64,000 bases of DNA from an uncultured Bdellovibrionales bacterium (GTDB lineage: Bacteria; Patescibacteriota; Minisyncoccia; Moranbacterales; UBA1568), in NCBI GenBank assembly GCA_964580285.1, contig CAZOKB010000001.1, forward strand, positions 73,366-137,365, read 5' to 3'. The notes under the pieces are model-generated. The model did not search any database. It had not been told where the DNA came from and saw only the letters and a list, made by a program, of their open reading frames with translations. Below, in pieces: positions 1 through 9,904 of the stretch (position 1 is the first letter of the stretch; every line of letters starts with the position of its first letter). The position numbers and the translations under genes are program-made.

Positions 1-300
1 GAGCGTATCAGGCAAGCTTCCTCGGCACACCTGGCCAAGAAAATCGGCAACGATCCGATGTTTCAGGACAAGGTTCGCGCTGATTGGCAGGAGATCAAGC
101 ATGACATCATGGAAGAAATTCTCCGAGCCAAGCTGGTGCAGCACGAGTACGTCCAGAAGAAACTTCGCGAGAGTCGGGGGATGCTCTTGGTCGAAGATTC
201 GCATCGGGACTCCCACTGGGGACGAGGTGAGCACTGGAATGGAGAGAACTGGCTCGGTCAGATTTGGATGAAGCTCCGCGACGAAGTGTTCCCGGGCTGA
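1..300 (+). CDS. C-terminal fragment of a NADAR/YbiA-like (DUF1768) domain protein; the ORF is open to the window edge
   Basis: Frame 1 has no stop from nt 1. The HWGRGE...GENWLGQIWMKLR motif resembles the NADAR C-terminus. Confidence 0.35.
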   Translation, partial: ERIRQASSAHLAKKIGNDPMFQDKVRADWQEIKHDIMEEILRAKLVQHEYVQKKLRESRGMLLVEDSHRDSHWGRGEHWNGENWLGQIWMKLRDEVFPG

Positions 301-662
301 TCTTTGCTGGACGCTAATGTGCACAGAAGCCGCATAGGGGGAAACACAACGACTCGCCGCATTTTCTGATCAACGATTTGGAGGTGCGGCTTTTTTCTTT
401 TCATGCAAGCACCAGGAGCTTTCGTATTTCTCTCAATGAAACATCGGGATCAGGGAATGCCCTTTCCCATTCAAACGTTCGGAAGCTGTTCCGCCAAGCG
501 AGCTAAGAAAACAAGGCTTAGATGAGCCTTGTTTTTTTTACCCAGGATGGGATTCGAACACGTTTCTTTACATGACTGAGGAACTGTGCTGAAATAGGGT
601 GTTCTGGATGATGCCTTGGCTTAATTCAGGACAGTCCTTTAACTTAACTCGAGGAGCTTGTT

Positions 663-1415
663 ATGACGCTTGAAAAAAGTGTTACTGACGATCAACTCGG
701 CAAGTACTATCGTCGCGTGAACGCGATAGTGAGCCGACTTGGCAAATCCCTGTCCTACAGTGACGTCATGGATGCGTTGCAGCACCTCCATGATGGAACT
801 CTACGACTTGGCCTCAACACAGCTGAGGATTTGCAGCAGTTGTTGCAACGACCGCTTGGGGCAGAGGCTGTTCTGACTACTTTCCAGGAATCGGAAATCC
901 AGGCTTTTCCCACGAGGTCGCTCAAGGACTGCTTCGCGAACAAGAACCGTTACCCTCGTGGTTTCGATACCAGCGTAAGTGACGGCCGGTACATCTCATG
1001 GCCGGAAGTGATTCCGGAACAGGAGGCAGGGAGGGTTCGCGTGTTCAAGATGAAGGGTATGGCAAGCTATGCGATGCTTGCAGCAGAGTTACTACAGGTG
1101 TCGAACGAGACCCCGGTATCTTGGTTGCAGCAGCTTCTGGTGAAGCGCGGCCACACTTTGACCCTCTCTGCAATCGAGGGGATCATCGAGCTTCATACAG
1201 AAGGGAATGATCTTGGCCTTGCGCCTCCGCCTCGACACAATAACCGTAGTTTTCACCCAGGCAATCTTGCCTTTGTCGAGGTAAAGCACGGGGTGGTTGA
1301 TGTGATTCACTTCAATAGAAAGTCATCCAAGCGTTGGGATGTTTCCCGATACCCCTTCGATCAGAATGGTGGTCGGAGTTCCCAGAATGATCGCCATCTC
1401 GTGACCCGGGCATGA
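663..1415 (+). CDS. hypothetical protein
   Basis: 250-aa ORF with GC-rich codons and no recognisable motif. Confidence 0.4.
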   Translation: MTLEKSVTDDQLGKYYRRVNAIVSRLGKSLSYSDVMDALQHLHDGTLRLGLNTAEDLQQLLQRPLGAEAVLTTFQESEIQAFPTRSLKDCFANKNRYPRGFDTSVSDGRYISWPEVIPEQEAGRVRVFKMKGMASYAMLAAELLQVSNETPVSWLQQLLVKRGHTLTLSAIEGIIELHTEGNDLGLAPPPRHNNRSFHPGNLAFVEVKHGVVDVIHFNRKSSKRWDVSRYPFDQNGGRSSQNDRHLVTRA

Positions 1416-1742
1416 TCCAATGCCGGCAGCACTTCAAGGCCACGGCTAGTCTGTGGTCTTTTTTCTTACAAATCAGGACAAGTTTTTATAAAACAGTTTC
1501 TCACTTCATCCAACAGGTGGAGCTAATAATTTTTCAGGGCTTATTCAAAGTCCTATTTTTTATACCCGAGTAAGGCGATAGGGCTCATGATATAATTCAA
1601 ATATAAAAAATTAAAAAATATAGAGATGCTTCTTAACAAATTTAAATAAGCTATATTGTCATCAAGCAGATTCTAATGTTATCCACGATGCAGAGCTTAG
1701 TAAGAAAAAAGGCCTCTAAAGGCCTCTTTTCTGTGTATACCC

Positions 1743-1771
1743 CGCTGCTTTTAGTTTTGCAGTGGTATAAT
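1743..1771 (+). promoter_or_regulatory. sigma70-type promoter with extended -10 (TGgTATAAT at 1763-1771) for the DUF1428 gene
   Basis: Perfect TGnTATAAT lies 29 nt upstream of the ATG at 1800, preceded by an AT-rich tract. Confidence 0.45.
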
Positions 1772-1799
1772 GCTGGTGTAAATCGCTAACTTTAGATGT

Positions 1800-2174
1800 A
1801 TGCCTAAAGGAAAATATGTGGATGGTTTTGTTATCGCTATCCCCAAGAAGAATAAAGAAGCCTATATAAAAATGGCTAAGGAGGGCAGGGCTGCTTGGAA
1901 GAAATTTGGTGCTCTTGATTACAAGGAGTGCGTGTTGGATATTGAAAAGCCAAATGAATGTATCAGTCTGACTTTTCCGCAGATGATTCAGGCAAAGCCA
2001 GGGGAAACAGTCTGGTTTTCTTTTATTACCTATAAGTCCAAAAAACATCGTGACGAAGTGAACAAAAAAGTCATGGCGTATTTTGAGAAGAAGTACAGCG
2101 CAAAAGAGATGAAGATGCCTTTTGATATGCAGCGCTTTACGTGTGCTGGCTTTACGGTAGAGGTAGGTATGTAA
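1800..2174 (+). CDS. DUF1428 family protein
   Basis: N-terminal KYVDGFVIAIPKKNKEAY is typical of DUF1428. Length 124 aa. Confidence 0.55.
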   Translation: MPKGKYVDGFVIAIPKKNKEAYIKMAKEGRAAWKKFGALDYKECVLDIEKPNECISLTFPQMIQAKPGETVWFSFITYKSKKHRDEVNKKVMAYFEKKYSAKEMKMPFDMQRFTCAGFTVEVGM

Positions 2175-2333
2175 ATGGAGCAGAAGCTTCTTATACAAAG
2201 TTCGAATTTGATCGAAAAGGGGAGCTTCAATGAAGGCGCTGTTTTAATACGGGGGTATTTGCTATAGCCTAGAGCTCTCTCAAAGAGAGGTGTGGTATAC
2301 TCGATAGTATGGTAATTTTTCTGACTCTTAACT

Positions 2334-2885
2334 ATGACGGGCGTGATAAAGAAGGTGCTTTTGGTGGATGACAATGTCGAAATCCGCAGTCTGTATGCGG
2401 AAATTTTCCGGCAGGAGCAGTTTGATGTGCGGGAAGCGAATGATGGGCTGGAAGGCCTGGAGATGGCCAATCAGATAACGCCGGACATTATCGTGTCGGG
2501 CATCATTATGCCTCGCATGGATGGATTTCAATTTGTGGAGACGCTCAAGAAAAGCGTGGCGACCGCGGGTGTACCGGTGGTCTTCTTATCGCACTTGGGA
2601 CGAGAAGAGGATGAAGTGCGTTCCAAGGAACTGGGGGTCAAGGATTTTATCGTGCAGGGTATGGTCTCTCCGGTGGAGGCTCTAGCGCGGATTAAGGGCT
2701 TGCTCGAAAATAAGGAATATACCGTCAATATTGATCCGCACAGTCTGGATGCCGAACGACTCTCGAAAGAGTTGGGCATTGATGAGAATTTCAGTACAGC
2801 GGACGGTGGGAAATGGACGCTGCGCCTGCGTTTGCGAAGTCAGGATCGAAAACAATTTGATGCGGAGCTGAGAGCTGATGAATAG
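2334..2885 (+). CDS. orphan response regulator (CheY-like REC domain)
   Basis: KKVLLVDDN...PDIIVSGIIMPRMDGFQFV phospho-acceptor receiver motifs. Confidence 0.7.
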   Translation: MTGVIKKVLLVDDNVEIRSLYAEIFRQEQFDVREANDGLEGLEMANQITPDIIVSGIIMPRMDGFQFVETLKKSVATAGVPVVFLSHLGREEDEVRSKELGVKDFIVQGMVSPVEALARIKGLLENKEYTVNIDPHSLDAERLSKELGIDENFSTADGGKWTLRLRLRSQDRKQFDAELRADE

Positions 2886-2906
2886 GACTGGCTCCCGCTG
2901 TATTTT

Positions 2907-4610
2907 ATGGCTGTATGGAAGTTTCGTAGAAAAGAGCGCGCGTTGTTGCCGGGCGTAGGTCATCCTGTAACCAGTATGTTACTTGAGGCTCGGGGGTATG
3001 CGGATCCGGAAGCGCAAGCGTCTTTTTTTTCTCCCCAGTATGATCGTGATCTCCACGATCCGTTTTTGTTTTCTCAAATGGAACGAGCGGTCGAACGGAT
3101 CAAACAGGCGCTTTCGGCCCAAGAGGTTATCGGGATTTTTGGAGATTATGATGCGGACGGCGTGACTTCTTCGGTGGTCATGCGCGAAGCTTTGGAAGCT
3201 CTTGGAGGCAGAGTAGCGGTGTATATCCCGCAGAAAGATACGGAAGGACATGGGTTGAATTCCCAGGCACTCCATTTTTTTGTTGAGCAGGGAGCGAAAC
3301 TTATCATGACGCTTGACTGCGGCATGATGAATCACAAGGAAATTGAGGAAGCGAATGCTCTTGGTTTGGAAGTGATCATTGTCGATCATCACCATGTGCC
3401 GGAAATGCTCCCAGCCGCGTACGCCATTATCAATCCGAAATTGCCCGGAGAGACGTATCCTTTCCAGGATCTGTGCGGGGCGGGGACGGCGTTCAAGGTC
3501 GCTCAGGCATTGTTTCGTCGCTTGGCTCCAGAACAGGAAGAGCAGTTAAAGTGGCTGTTGGATGTGGTGGCGACGGGGACGGTGGCAGATGTGATGCCCC
3601 TCGTTGGCGAGAATCGGGTACTGGTGACCTATGGTCTGGTGGTGCTTTCGCGTACGCGCCGTGTGGGTTTTCAAGCGCTGTTCCAGGTGGGCAAATTGTC
3701 TATCGATGAAGAACGCCGGCCGACAGCGAGGGATATCGGGTTTCAGATCGCTCCGCGCATCAATGCGGCTTCGCGTATGGCGCACGCCATGCTCGCGCAT
3801 AATCTTTTGGTGGAGCAGAATACGGAGCGGGCACTCGAGTTAGCGCTGGAACTTGAAGCGCACAATGTGGCTCGTCAGAAATTAAGTACTTTAGCCACAG
3901 ATCGGGTCAGGTGTTTAGTGGAAGAACAGTATCAAGGAAAGAAATTTATCTTTGCTGTAGGAGAGGAGTATCCCTTTGGTATCGTTGGTTTGATAGCGGG
4001 TCGAGTGGCGAGCACGTATCGGAAACCGACCTGTGTGCTCTATCGAGGCGAGCATGAGAGTATGGGATCGTTTCGGAGTATTCCGGAGTTCAACATTATC
4101 GAAGCGATTGAACAGTGCGCGGATCTTTTGGTGAAATTCGGCGGGCACTCTCAGGCAGCAGGCATGACGATCAAGAATGAGCATCTTGAAGATTTCTATA
4201 CGCGTTTCAGTGGATTGGTAGAAAAAAAGCTAGAGGATGTTGTGACTGAACCGGAATTGTGGATTGATATGCTGCTCGATCCGAGAGATGTAGTTCCAGA
4301 GCTGGTAGCGGATATAACACGTTTTGCTCCTTTTGGTGAAGGGAACCCTGAGCCGGTGTTCTGTTTGACAGATATGGTGGTTCGGCAGGTGCGTTTTGTA
4401 GGGAATGGGAATAAGCACTTGAAACTTTCTCTCGAGACGAGTGACGGGTCTAAAATTTTTGATGCGATTGGTTTTTCGCTCGGAGAGAAGTTTTTGGATA
4501 TGGCTCCAGGGGATCGATTTGACGTGGCTTTTAACTTGGAAGAGAATGTGTGGAATGGACGAACATCCATTCAGTTGAAACTGATTGATTTGGTGCAGAA
4601 AGGAGAATAG
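2907..4610 (+). CDS. recJ: single-stranded-DNA-specific exonuclease RecJ
   Basis: DHH motifs (DYDADGVTS, DHHH) and overall RecJ architecture. Confidence 0.85.
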   Translation: MAVWKFRRKERALLPGVGHPVTSMLLEARGYADPEAQASFFSPQYDRDLHDPFLFSQMERAVERIKQALSAQEVIGIFGDYDADGVTSSVVMREALEALGGRVAVYIPQKDTEGHGLNSQALHFFVEQGAKLIMTLDCGMMNHKEIEEANALGLEVIIVDHHHVPEMLPAAYAIINPKLPGETYPFQDLCGAGTAFKVAQALFRRLAPEQEEQLKWLLDVVATGTVADVMPLVGENRVLVTYGLVVLSRTRRVGFQALFQVGKLSIDEERRPTARDIGFQIAPRINAASRMAHAMLAHNLLVEQNTERALELALELEAHNVARQKLSTLATDRVRCLVEEQYQGKKFIFAVGEEYPFGIVGLIAGRVASTYRKPTCVLYRGEHESMGSFRSIPEFNIIEAIEQCADLLVKFGGHSQAAGMTIKNEHLEDFYTRFSGLVEKKLEDVVTEPELWIDMLLDPRDVVPELVADITRFAPFGEGNPEPVFCLTDMVVRQVRFVGNGNKHLKLSLETSDGSKIFDAIGFSLGEKFLDMAPGDRFDVAFNLEENVWNGRTSIQLKLIDLVQKGE

Positions 4611-5001
4611 CGTGTGGAGAAAAGGACAGGTGGTGTGCGTGTCGATTTGGGAATCAGGATGCCTGATGTGGCATCTTGGTAAGGTTAGTGCCCATGTTTC
4701 ATCACGAACAAGTTCTTTGTACGACGTAGAAGTGCCAGTAGAAAAGGGTAGCTTTAGAGAAAACAGAGAGCCAGATGAAAGTTATATGTGGTCTGGTTAT
4801 ATACCGTTTTCAAAACACTCGCTCGCAGTGCTCTGCGCTCGCATCGCTAGCCGTACCTTCCTCGCGAATTTTCAGGCAGACAAGGTGCTGTGCCAACGAA
4901 CGGTGTATAAAAAAATACCCTTAACCCAACTCTGCGAACCGTCTCTGACAGCGCTTCTTACGCGTTTGCCGAGGACCTTTGGGTGATTCTGATTGAAGTT
5001 T

Positions 5002-5033
5002 GCCGCCTTGGAGAGAGGGCGGTTTCTTTTTTG
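5002..5033 (+). terminator. rho-independent terminator (CCGCC stem, 9-nt loop, GGCGG stem, then T-run)
   Basis: GC stem at 5003-5022 followed by tttcttttttgg. It ends a ~420 nt non-coding transcript region downstream of recJ. Confidence 0.6.
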
Positions 5034-5069
5034 GGAAAAAAACGAGAGGCATGATATCATACAGACATT

Positions 5070-5498
5070 ATGGAAAAAATCATTCTCTATACTGACGGTG
5101 GATCACGAGGAAATCCTGGTCCGGCGGCTCTTGGTGTGTACATTGAAACGCTTGATAGGCGTTACGGCGAATTTCTGGGTGAAAAAACAAACAATGAGGC
5201 AGAATATGCTGCGATTGTTTCGGCGCTCAAAAAGGTAAAGGCTTTGATCGGGAAGGAAAAATCCAAACAGACAGCGATTGAAGTGCGCATGGATAGCGAG
5301 TTGGCCTGTAAGCAGCTGAATCATGTCTACAAAATAGAGAACGAAAAGCTGCAGCCGCTCTTTTTGGTGGTGTGGAATCTGATATTGGATTTTAAGCAGG
5401 TGACTTTTGTGCACGTGCCACGCGAGCGTAATCAGGTGGCGGATGCGGAAGCGAATAAGGCGATGGATCTCGTTATGAAGCAGCCGGGCCTGCTGTAG
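5070..5498 (+). CDS. rnhA: ribonuclease HI
   Basis: YTDGGSRGNPGPAA, NNEAEYAA and C-terminal catalytic D motifs. Confidence 0.85.
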   Translation: MEKIILYTDGGSRGNPGPAALGVYIETLDRRYGEFLGEKTNNEAEYAAIVSALKKVKALIGKEKSKQTAIEVRMDSELACKQLNHVYKIENEKLQPLFLVVWNLILDFKQVTFVHVPRERNQVADAEANKAMDLVMKQPGLL

Positions 5499-5507
5499 GG
5501 AAGTGTG

Positions 5508-6530
5508 ATGTTAAACAAAACAAAAGAGTCTATGTTGGTAGGGAAAAAGAAAATATTCGTGATCATCCTGCTCGTGGGTGCCTTAGGTGGGTGGTTTTGG
5601 TGGCATGCTCGGGTACCGAAGGCTCTTTGGGAAACGGTTTCCGTGGGCCGGGGAGATGTATTGGAAACGGTTTCCGTGGTCGGTAAGCTGCGACCGGTTG
5701 AGTATGCCGATATTTCTTTTCCGACACTCGGAACGGTAGAAAAGATTTTTTTTGAAGAAGGCGAATCAGTGAAGCGGGGGGATGTGATTGCAGTGATGAA
5801 TACGGATATTCTTCAATCAGAGTTGAAGCAGGCGGTAGTTGCCTTGTCGATTGCAGAAGAAAATGAGAAACTGGCCCGCCGTGGGTGGGATGATTTGAAG
5901 CCGGAAGAACGTGCTGTAAAGAAACTCACCACAAAGCAGGCGCGTGAAAACGTGCGTACCGTGGCAGCACAGATCGATGAAGCGCGGGCGGTTGCCCCGC
6001 TTGATGGGACCGTGTCTCAGCTTGATATCCGTGCTGGTGAAACCGTGTTGGCGGGTAAAACGATTGGCCGCGTTTCAGGTCCGGGAAATTTCATCATCGA
6101 GGCGAACGTTCCGGAGGCGGATATAGCTCGGGTTGTTCCGGGGAAGCCAGCAACGGTAGTTTTCGATGCCCTTTCGTCGGATGAAAAATTTGAAGCGACG
6201 GTTGTATCGGTGGATCCTTCGGCGAATGTTATTCAAGACGTGATTTACTATACGGTAACGTTCAGTCTAGAGAATCAAGATGCGCGTCTGAAAGAAGGTA
6301 TGAGTGCGGATGTGGATGTGCGTATTTCTGAACGTAAGGATGTGCTTGTGGTACCATACCGCGCCTTGGAGCGTGATGGAAACAAAACATTTGTGGAAGT
6401 AGCTAAGAGCGCTACCGAGTCTGCGCGTCAGCCGGTTACTCTCGGTGTTGAAGGGGATGACGGATCGGTGGAAATCACGTCTGGTTTGGCTGAAGGCGAA
6501 TTGGTCGTTGTGGGGAGGAGTAAGCAGTAG
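5508..6530 (+). CDS. HlyD/MacA-family periplasmic adaptor (membrane fusion protein)
   Basis: N-terminal TM, coiled-coil and beta-barrel regions typical of efflux adaptor subunits. Confidence 0.7.
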   Translation: MLNKTKESMLVGKKKIFVIILLVGALGGWFWWHARVPKALWETVSVGRGDVLETVSVVGKLRPVEYADISFPTLGTVEKIFFEEGESVKRGDVIAVMNTDILQSELKQAVVALSIAEENEKLARRGWDDLKPEERAVKKLTTKQARENVRTVAAQIDEARAVAPLDGTVSQLDIRAGETVLAGKTIGRVSGPGNFIIEANVPEADIARVVPGKPATVVFDALSSDEKFEATVVSVDPSANVIQDVIYYTVTFSLENQDARLKEGMSADVDVRISERKDVLVVPYRALERDGNKTFVEVAKSATESARQPVTLGVEGDDGSVEITSGLAEGELVVVGRSKQ

Positions 6531-6546
6531 GGTAACATTGTGGAGT

Positions 6547-7167
6547 ATGGAATATTTTGGTATTGATCTCGCTGTGCTGATAAAAACCGTCGGACTCATT
6601 GGTTTGTTTGTGATTGTGTTTGCTGAAACCGGTTTGTTCTTAGGCTTCTTTTTTCCGGGGGATAGCCTTCTGTTTGTGGCCGGACTTTTGGCGGCTCAGG
6701 GATTTTTCTCTCCAGAAGCCCTTATTGTGACGATTGCAGTAGCGGCCATCACAGGCAATATGGCGGGGTATTGGTTTGGAGCGCGGGTCGGTCCGAAACT
6801 GTTTGATCGCGAGGACTCACTCTTCTTTAAAAAACAGTATGTTCATCGAGCGCAGGCTTTTTATGATGAACATGGGGCTAAAACGATTGCGTTAGCTCGT
6901 TTTGTGCCGATTGTGCGTACTTTCGCGCCGATTGTGGCCGGAATTGCACGTATGCGGTATCGAGCGTTTCTTCTGTATAATATTATCGGAGGGTTTGTTT
7001 GGACGGTACTTTTAGTGCTGATAGGGTATCTTTTTGGAAATTTGATCAGCGATGTTGATCGGTATATTCTCCCGGTTATTTTGGCTATCGTTATCCTTTC
7101 TTTCTTGCCTGCAGTGCTCCATATTCTTAAAGAACGGAAGCGTTTAGGGCAGCAAGAATCTAGGTAG
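6547..7167 (+). CDS. DedA/SNARE-associated family membrane protein
   Basis: VFAETGLFLGFFFPGDSLLFVAG signature. The ATG at 6547 has an SD-like sequence upstream. Confidence 0.75.
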   Translation: MEYFGIDLAVLIKTVGLIGLFVIVFAETGLFLGFFFPGDSLLFVAGLLAAQGFFSPEALIVTIAVAAITGNMAGYWFGARVGPKLFDREDSLFFKKQYVHRAQAFYDEHGAKTIALARFVPIVRTFAPIVAGIARMRYRAFLLYNIIGGFVWTVLLVLIGYLFGNLISDVDRYILPVILAIVILSFLPAVLHILKERKRLGQQESR

Positions 7168-7199
7168 GAGAGAAAGTAAGTTCCTTGTTCTCGGGCCTT

Positions 7200-7227
7200 T
7201 TGACAAAAAAATCGAGAGGTGTAAGAT
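7200..7227 (+). promoter_or_regulatory. sigma70-like promoter (TTGACA, 16-17 nt spacer, TGTAAGAT) for the Ehr-like operon
   Basis: Consensus -35 hexamer at 7200-7205 and extended -10 at 7220-7227, about 60 nt before the first gene. Confidence 0.5.
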
Positions 7228-7286
7228 ACCCTGGTGTTCCGAAAAGGAGGTATGGTGGTTTTTCTTTGTCTGAATGGAAGTAAAGT

Positions 7287-7832
7287 ATGTTTCAGATACT
7301 CAATAAAATTCGTAAAACGCCACGTTTAGTGGTTTCACAGTCAGAACTTCCGGAGTTAGAGCTTGAAGCTCTAGGTAAAGAAGTTTCGGGGGCTATCAAG
7401 AAGCTGTTTCGGGGATCATTTGCTATCCGTTCAGTAGCGGCAGGGTCATCCAATGCTGAGGAACAAGAACTGACAGCGCTTTCAAACGCCTACTATGACA
7501 TAGAGCGTTTCGGTATCCGTTTTGTGGCATCGCCTCGGCATGCCGATGCTTTGTTCGTGTCTGGTCCGGTATCAAGGAATATGGTGCAGGGACTCCGGCA
7601 CACCTATGCCGCCATGCCTACGCCAAAGCTCGTCGTGGCCTTGGGGGACGGCGCTATTGATGGCGGTGTCTTTAAAGATTCCTACGCGGTGGTGAATCGG
7701 GTGGAAGATGTTATTCCGGTAGATTGGAAAATTCCCGGAGACCCGCCTTCACCAAAACAGATTCTCGCAGCTCTTCTGCGGTTATTCCGCGAAATGGAAC
7801 GCACTGCGGATTCTCTTGAAACGAAACATTGA
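7287..7832 (+). CDS. NuoB/hydrogenase small-subunit homolog lacking all FeS-ligand cysteines (Ehr-like small subunit)
   Basis: NuoB-like FVASPRHADALFVSGPV...VALGDGAIDGG...IPGDPPSP, but the 181-aa protein contains no cysteine. Confidence 0.75.
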   Translation: MFQILNKIRKTPRLVVSQSELPELELEALGKEVSGAIKKLFRGSFAIRSVAAGSSNAEEQELTALSNAYYDIERFGIRFVASPRHADALFVSGPVSRNMVQGLRHTYAAMPTPKLVVALGDGAIDGGVFKDSYAVVNRVEDVIPVDWKIPGDPPSPKQILAALLRLFREMERTADSLETKH

Positions 7833-7838
7833 TAAGTT

Positions 7839-9899
7839 ATGGAACTTTTTTTTCAAACCGGAGTACTGCAGTGGGTGATAGCGCTCTATATAGGGTCTGC
7901 TGTACTTGCGCTTGTGGTAGAGTACTGGCTGCGTGACGGGCGGCTCGCCAATCGTTGCGCTCACGCGGGGGCATTTATAGCCTCGCTTCTCTTAGTGCTT
8001 TTTTCAGCAGGAGTATTTCTTTCAGGGGAAGGGAGGGCATTGCTCTACGCCACTCCATTTCCCGGGGTATCGTTTGTGTTTCGTGTTGATGGGCTGGCAG
8101 CTTTTTTCCTTGGCTTGATTGGTACCGTGGCTGCGTTGGCTTCGGTGTATGGTATAGCCTATCAAGAACATTTTTCTGGGAAGTATGCTCTTGGGCCATT
8201 TGGATTTTTTTATAATCTCTTTCTGCTCGGCATGGTGCTTACGGTTTCAGCTAATCATGCCCTCTTCTTTCTTTTTGCATGGGAGCTGATGTCTCTTGCT
8301 TCCTACTTTCTTGTGGTATTTGATCGTAACGAGGCGCGGAATGTGCGTGCGGGTTTTCTCTATCTGCTCATGACACAGCTCGGTACGGTTTTTGTTGCTA
8401 TAGCGCTGCTTTTGGCCTATCAGGCCACGGGATCCTTTGATTTTGATGTATGGCGTTCTCAAGGGTCTTCGCTCTCTGTTCTGTGGCAGGGGGTGCTCTA
8501 TGCTTCTGTACTCATTGGTTTTGGTGCTAAGGCAGGTATTATCCCTTTGCATATTTGGTTACCAGAAGCGCATCCAGCAGCACCATCGCATGTTTCGGCA
8601 CTGATGTCTGGAGTCATGATCAAGACGGCTCTGTTCATGATCATTCGCTTCTTTTTTGATTTTTTCCCGGGCGCATCGGTCGAATGGGGACTGGTGCTCT
8701 TGGCTTTCGGCGCCGTAGCGACTCTGTTAGGGGTGCTCTATGCGTTGTCTGAAAATGATATCAAGCGGCTCCTGGCCTACTCGAGCATTGAAAATATCGG
8801 CATTATTCTTTTGGGTATTGGAGCAGCCCTGGTGTTCATGAATTACGGCCTCCAGGATTTTTTTGTGTTTGCTTTGGCGGCAGCGTTGTTTCATATAGTC
8901 AATCATGCTCTATTCAAGTCACTGCTGTTTTTGACGGCTGGGTCAGTAGCAGCGGCTACCGGTACCCGCAACATGGAAGCTTATGGAGGGTTGATTCGTC
9001 TTCTTCCGTACACGGCCTTCTTCTTTTTCGTGGGGGCCTTGGCTATTTCTGCTTTTCCTCCGCTGAATGGCTTCGCAAGCGAATGGCTTATTTTTCAATC
9101 GCTCTTTGTAGGTATCGCTGCTTCAAGTCTCTTGGTGAAACTCACTTTTTTGGTGAGTATCGCGAGTCTATCTTTTTCTGGTGGCTTGGTGATGGCTTGT
9201 TTTGCCAAGGCTTTTGGAGTGACGTTCCTCGGGCGTTCTCGCGAAACGTTCTCCTCGCATACGTCTTTTCCAGAAAAGAAATCCTGGCTCATGCATGCCC
9301 CGATGGGAATCTTGAGTATTCTTTTGGTGGCTCTCGGGGTGGGAGCGCCTTTGGTGATTGCTTTTCTTGTCGGAATCGTTGCCAGCCTGGTCTTTGGAAC
9401 GAGCGGAACTCTGGTATTTCCGTACCTGCGTTTCATGGGGATGAGTGAGAATTTTTCCGGCATTCTTCCGGTGCAAGGAACGGCTGTAGCGTTGTTTTTG
9501 TGCGTAGCCATACTCGGTGCGCTCATAGGTTGGTTCACTCGCAAGCGTACCGTAACAGTAGCTCCAACCTGGGATTGCGGCATGCCATTGTCGGGTAAGA
9601 TGCAGATTACGTCAACAAGTTTCTCTCGCTCGTTGGTAACCATTTTCCGGGGTATTCTTCGACCGACTAAGCAAACAGATATCGAATATCGTGATGCTGA
9701 GACTCGTTACTTTACCTCCATACACAGTGTCAAGACGGATTTCTTTGATGTTTATCGAAACTATATCTTCCGGCCAATCACCCGGGTAATCGGATACATT
9801 TCGAGCCGAGCCAGAAAGATACAGAGCGGAAACGTCAATATTTATATGTTGTACGTGTTCGTGACGCTGGTGGTCTTGCTTATTCTTACGACGCGTTAA
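7839..9899 (+). CDS. NuoL/HyfB/MrpA-like proton-translocating antiporter-type membrane subunit
   Basis: 686 aa, polytopic, WLPEAHPAAPSHVSALMSGVMIKTALF antiporter motif. Confidence 0.75.
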   Translation: MELFFQTGVLQWVIALYIGSAVLALVVEYWLRDGRLANRCAHAGAFIASLLLVLFSAGVFLSGEGRALLYATPFPGVSFVFRVDGLAAFFLGLIGTVAALASVYGIAYQEHFSGKYALGPFGFFYNLFLLGMVLTVSANHALFFLFAWELMSLASYFLVVFDRNEARNVRAGFLYLLMTQLGTVFVAIALLLAYQATGSFDFDVWRSQGSSLSVLWQGVLYASVLIGFGAKAGIIPLHIWLPEAHPAAPSHVSALMSGVMIKTALFMIIRFFFDFFPGASVEWGLVLLAFGAVATLLGVLYALSENDIKRLLAYSSIENIGIILLGIGAALVFMNYGLQDFFVFALAAALFHIVNHALFKSLLFLTAGSVAAATGTRNMEAYGGLIRLLPYTAFFFFVGALAISAFPPLNGFASEWLIFQSLFVGIAASSLLVKLTFLVSIASLSFSGGLVMACFAKAFGVTFLGRSRETFSSHTSFPEKKSWLMHAPMGILSILLVALGVGAPLVIAFLVGIVASLVFGTSGTLVFPYLRFMGMSENFSGILPVQGTAVALFLCVAILGALIGWFTRKRTVTVAPTWDCGMPLSGKMQITSTSFSRSLVTIFRGILRPTKQTDIEYRDAETRYFTSIHSVKTDFFDVYRNYIFRPITRVIGYISSRARKIQSGNVNIYMLYVFVTLVVLLILTTR

Positions 9900-9904
9900 C
9901 GCTT

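Noticed and set aside
4585-4986. 133-aa ORF after recJ
   Set aside because: Trp/Cys-rich and low-complexity, with no RBS, and it overlaps the recJ stop. It is more likely non-coding (see the ncRNA candidate finding)
4620-5035. tmRNA, SRP RNA, RNase P or 6S RNA in the recJ-rnhA gap
   Set aside because: I could not find the tRNA-like acceptor/T-arm of tmRNA, the GGAAGCAGCCA helix-8 motif of SRP RNA, or the AGGAAAGUCCGGGCUCC P4 motif of RNase P. Left as an unclassified candidate
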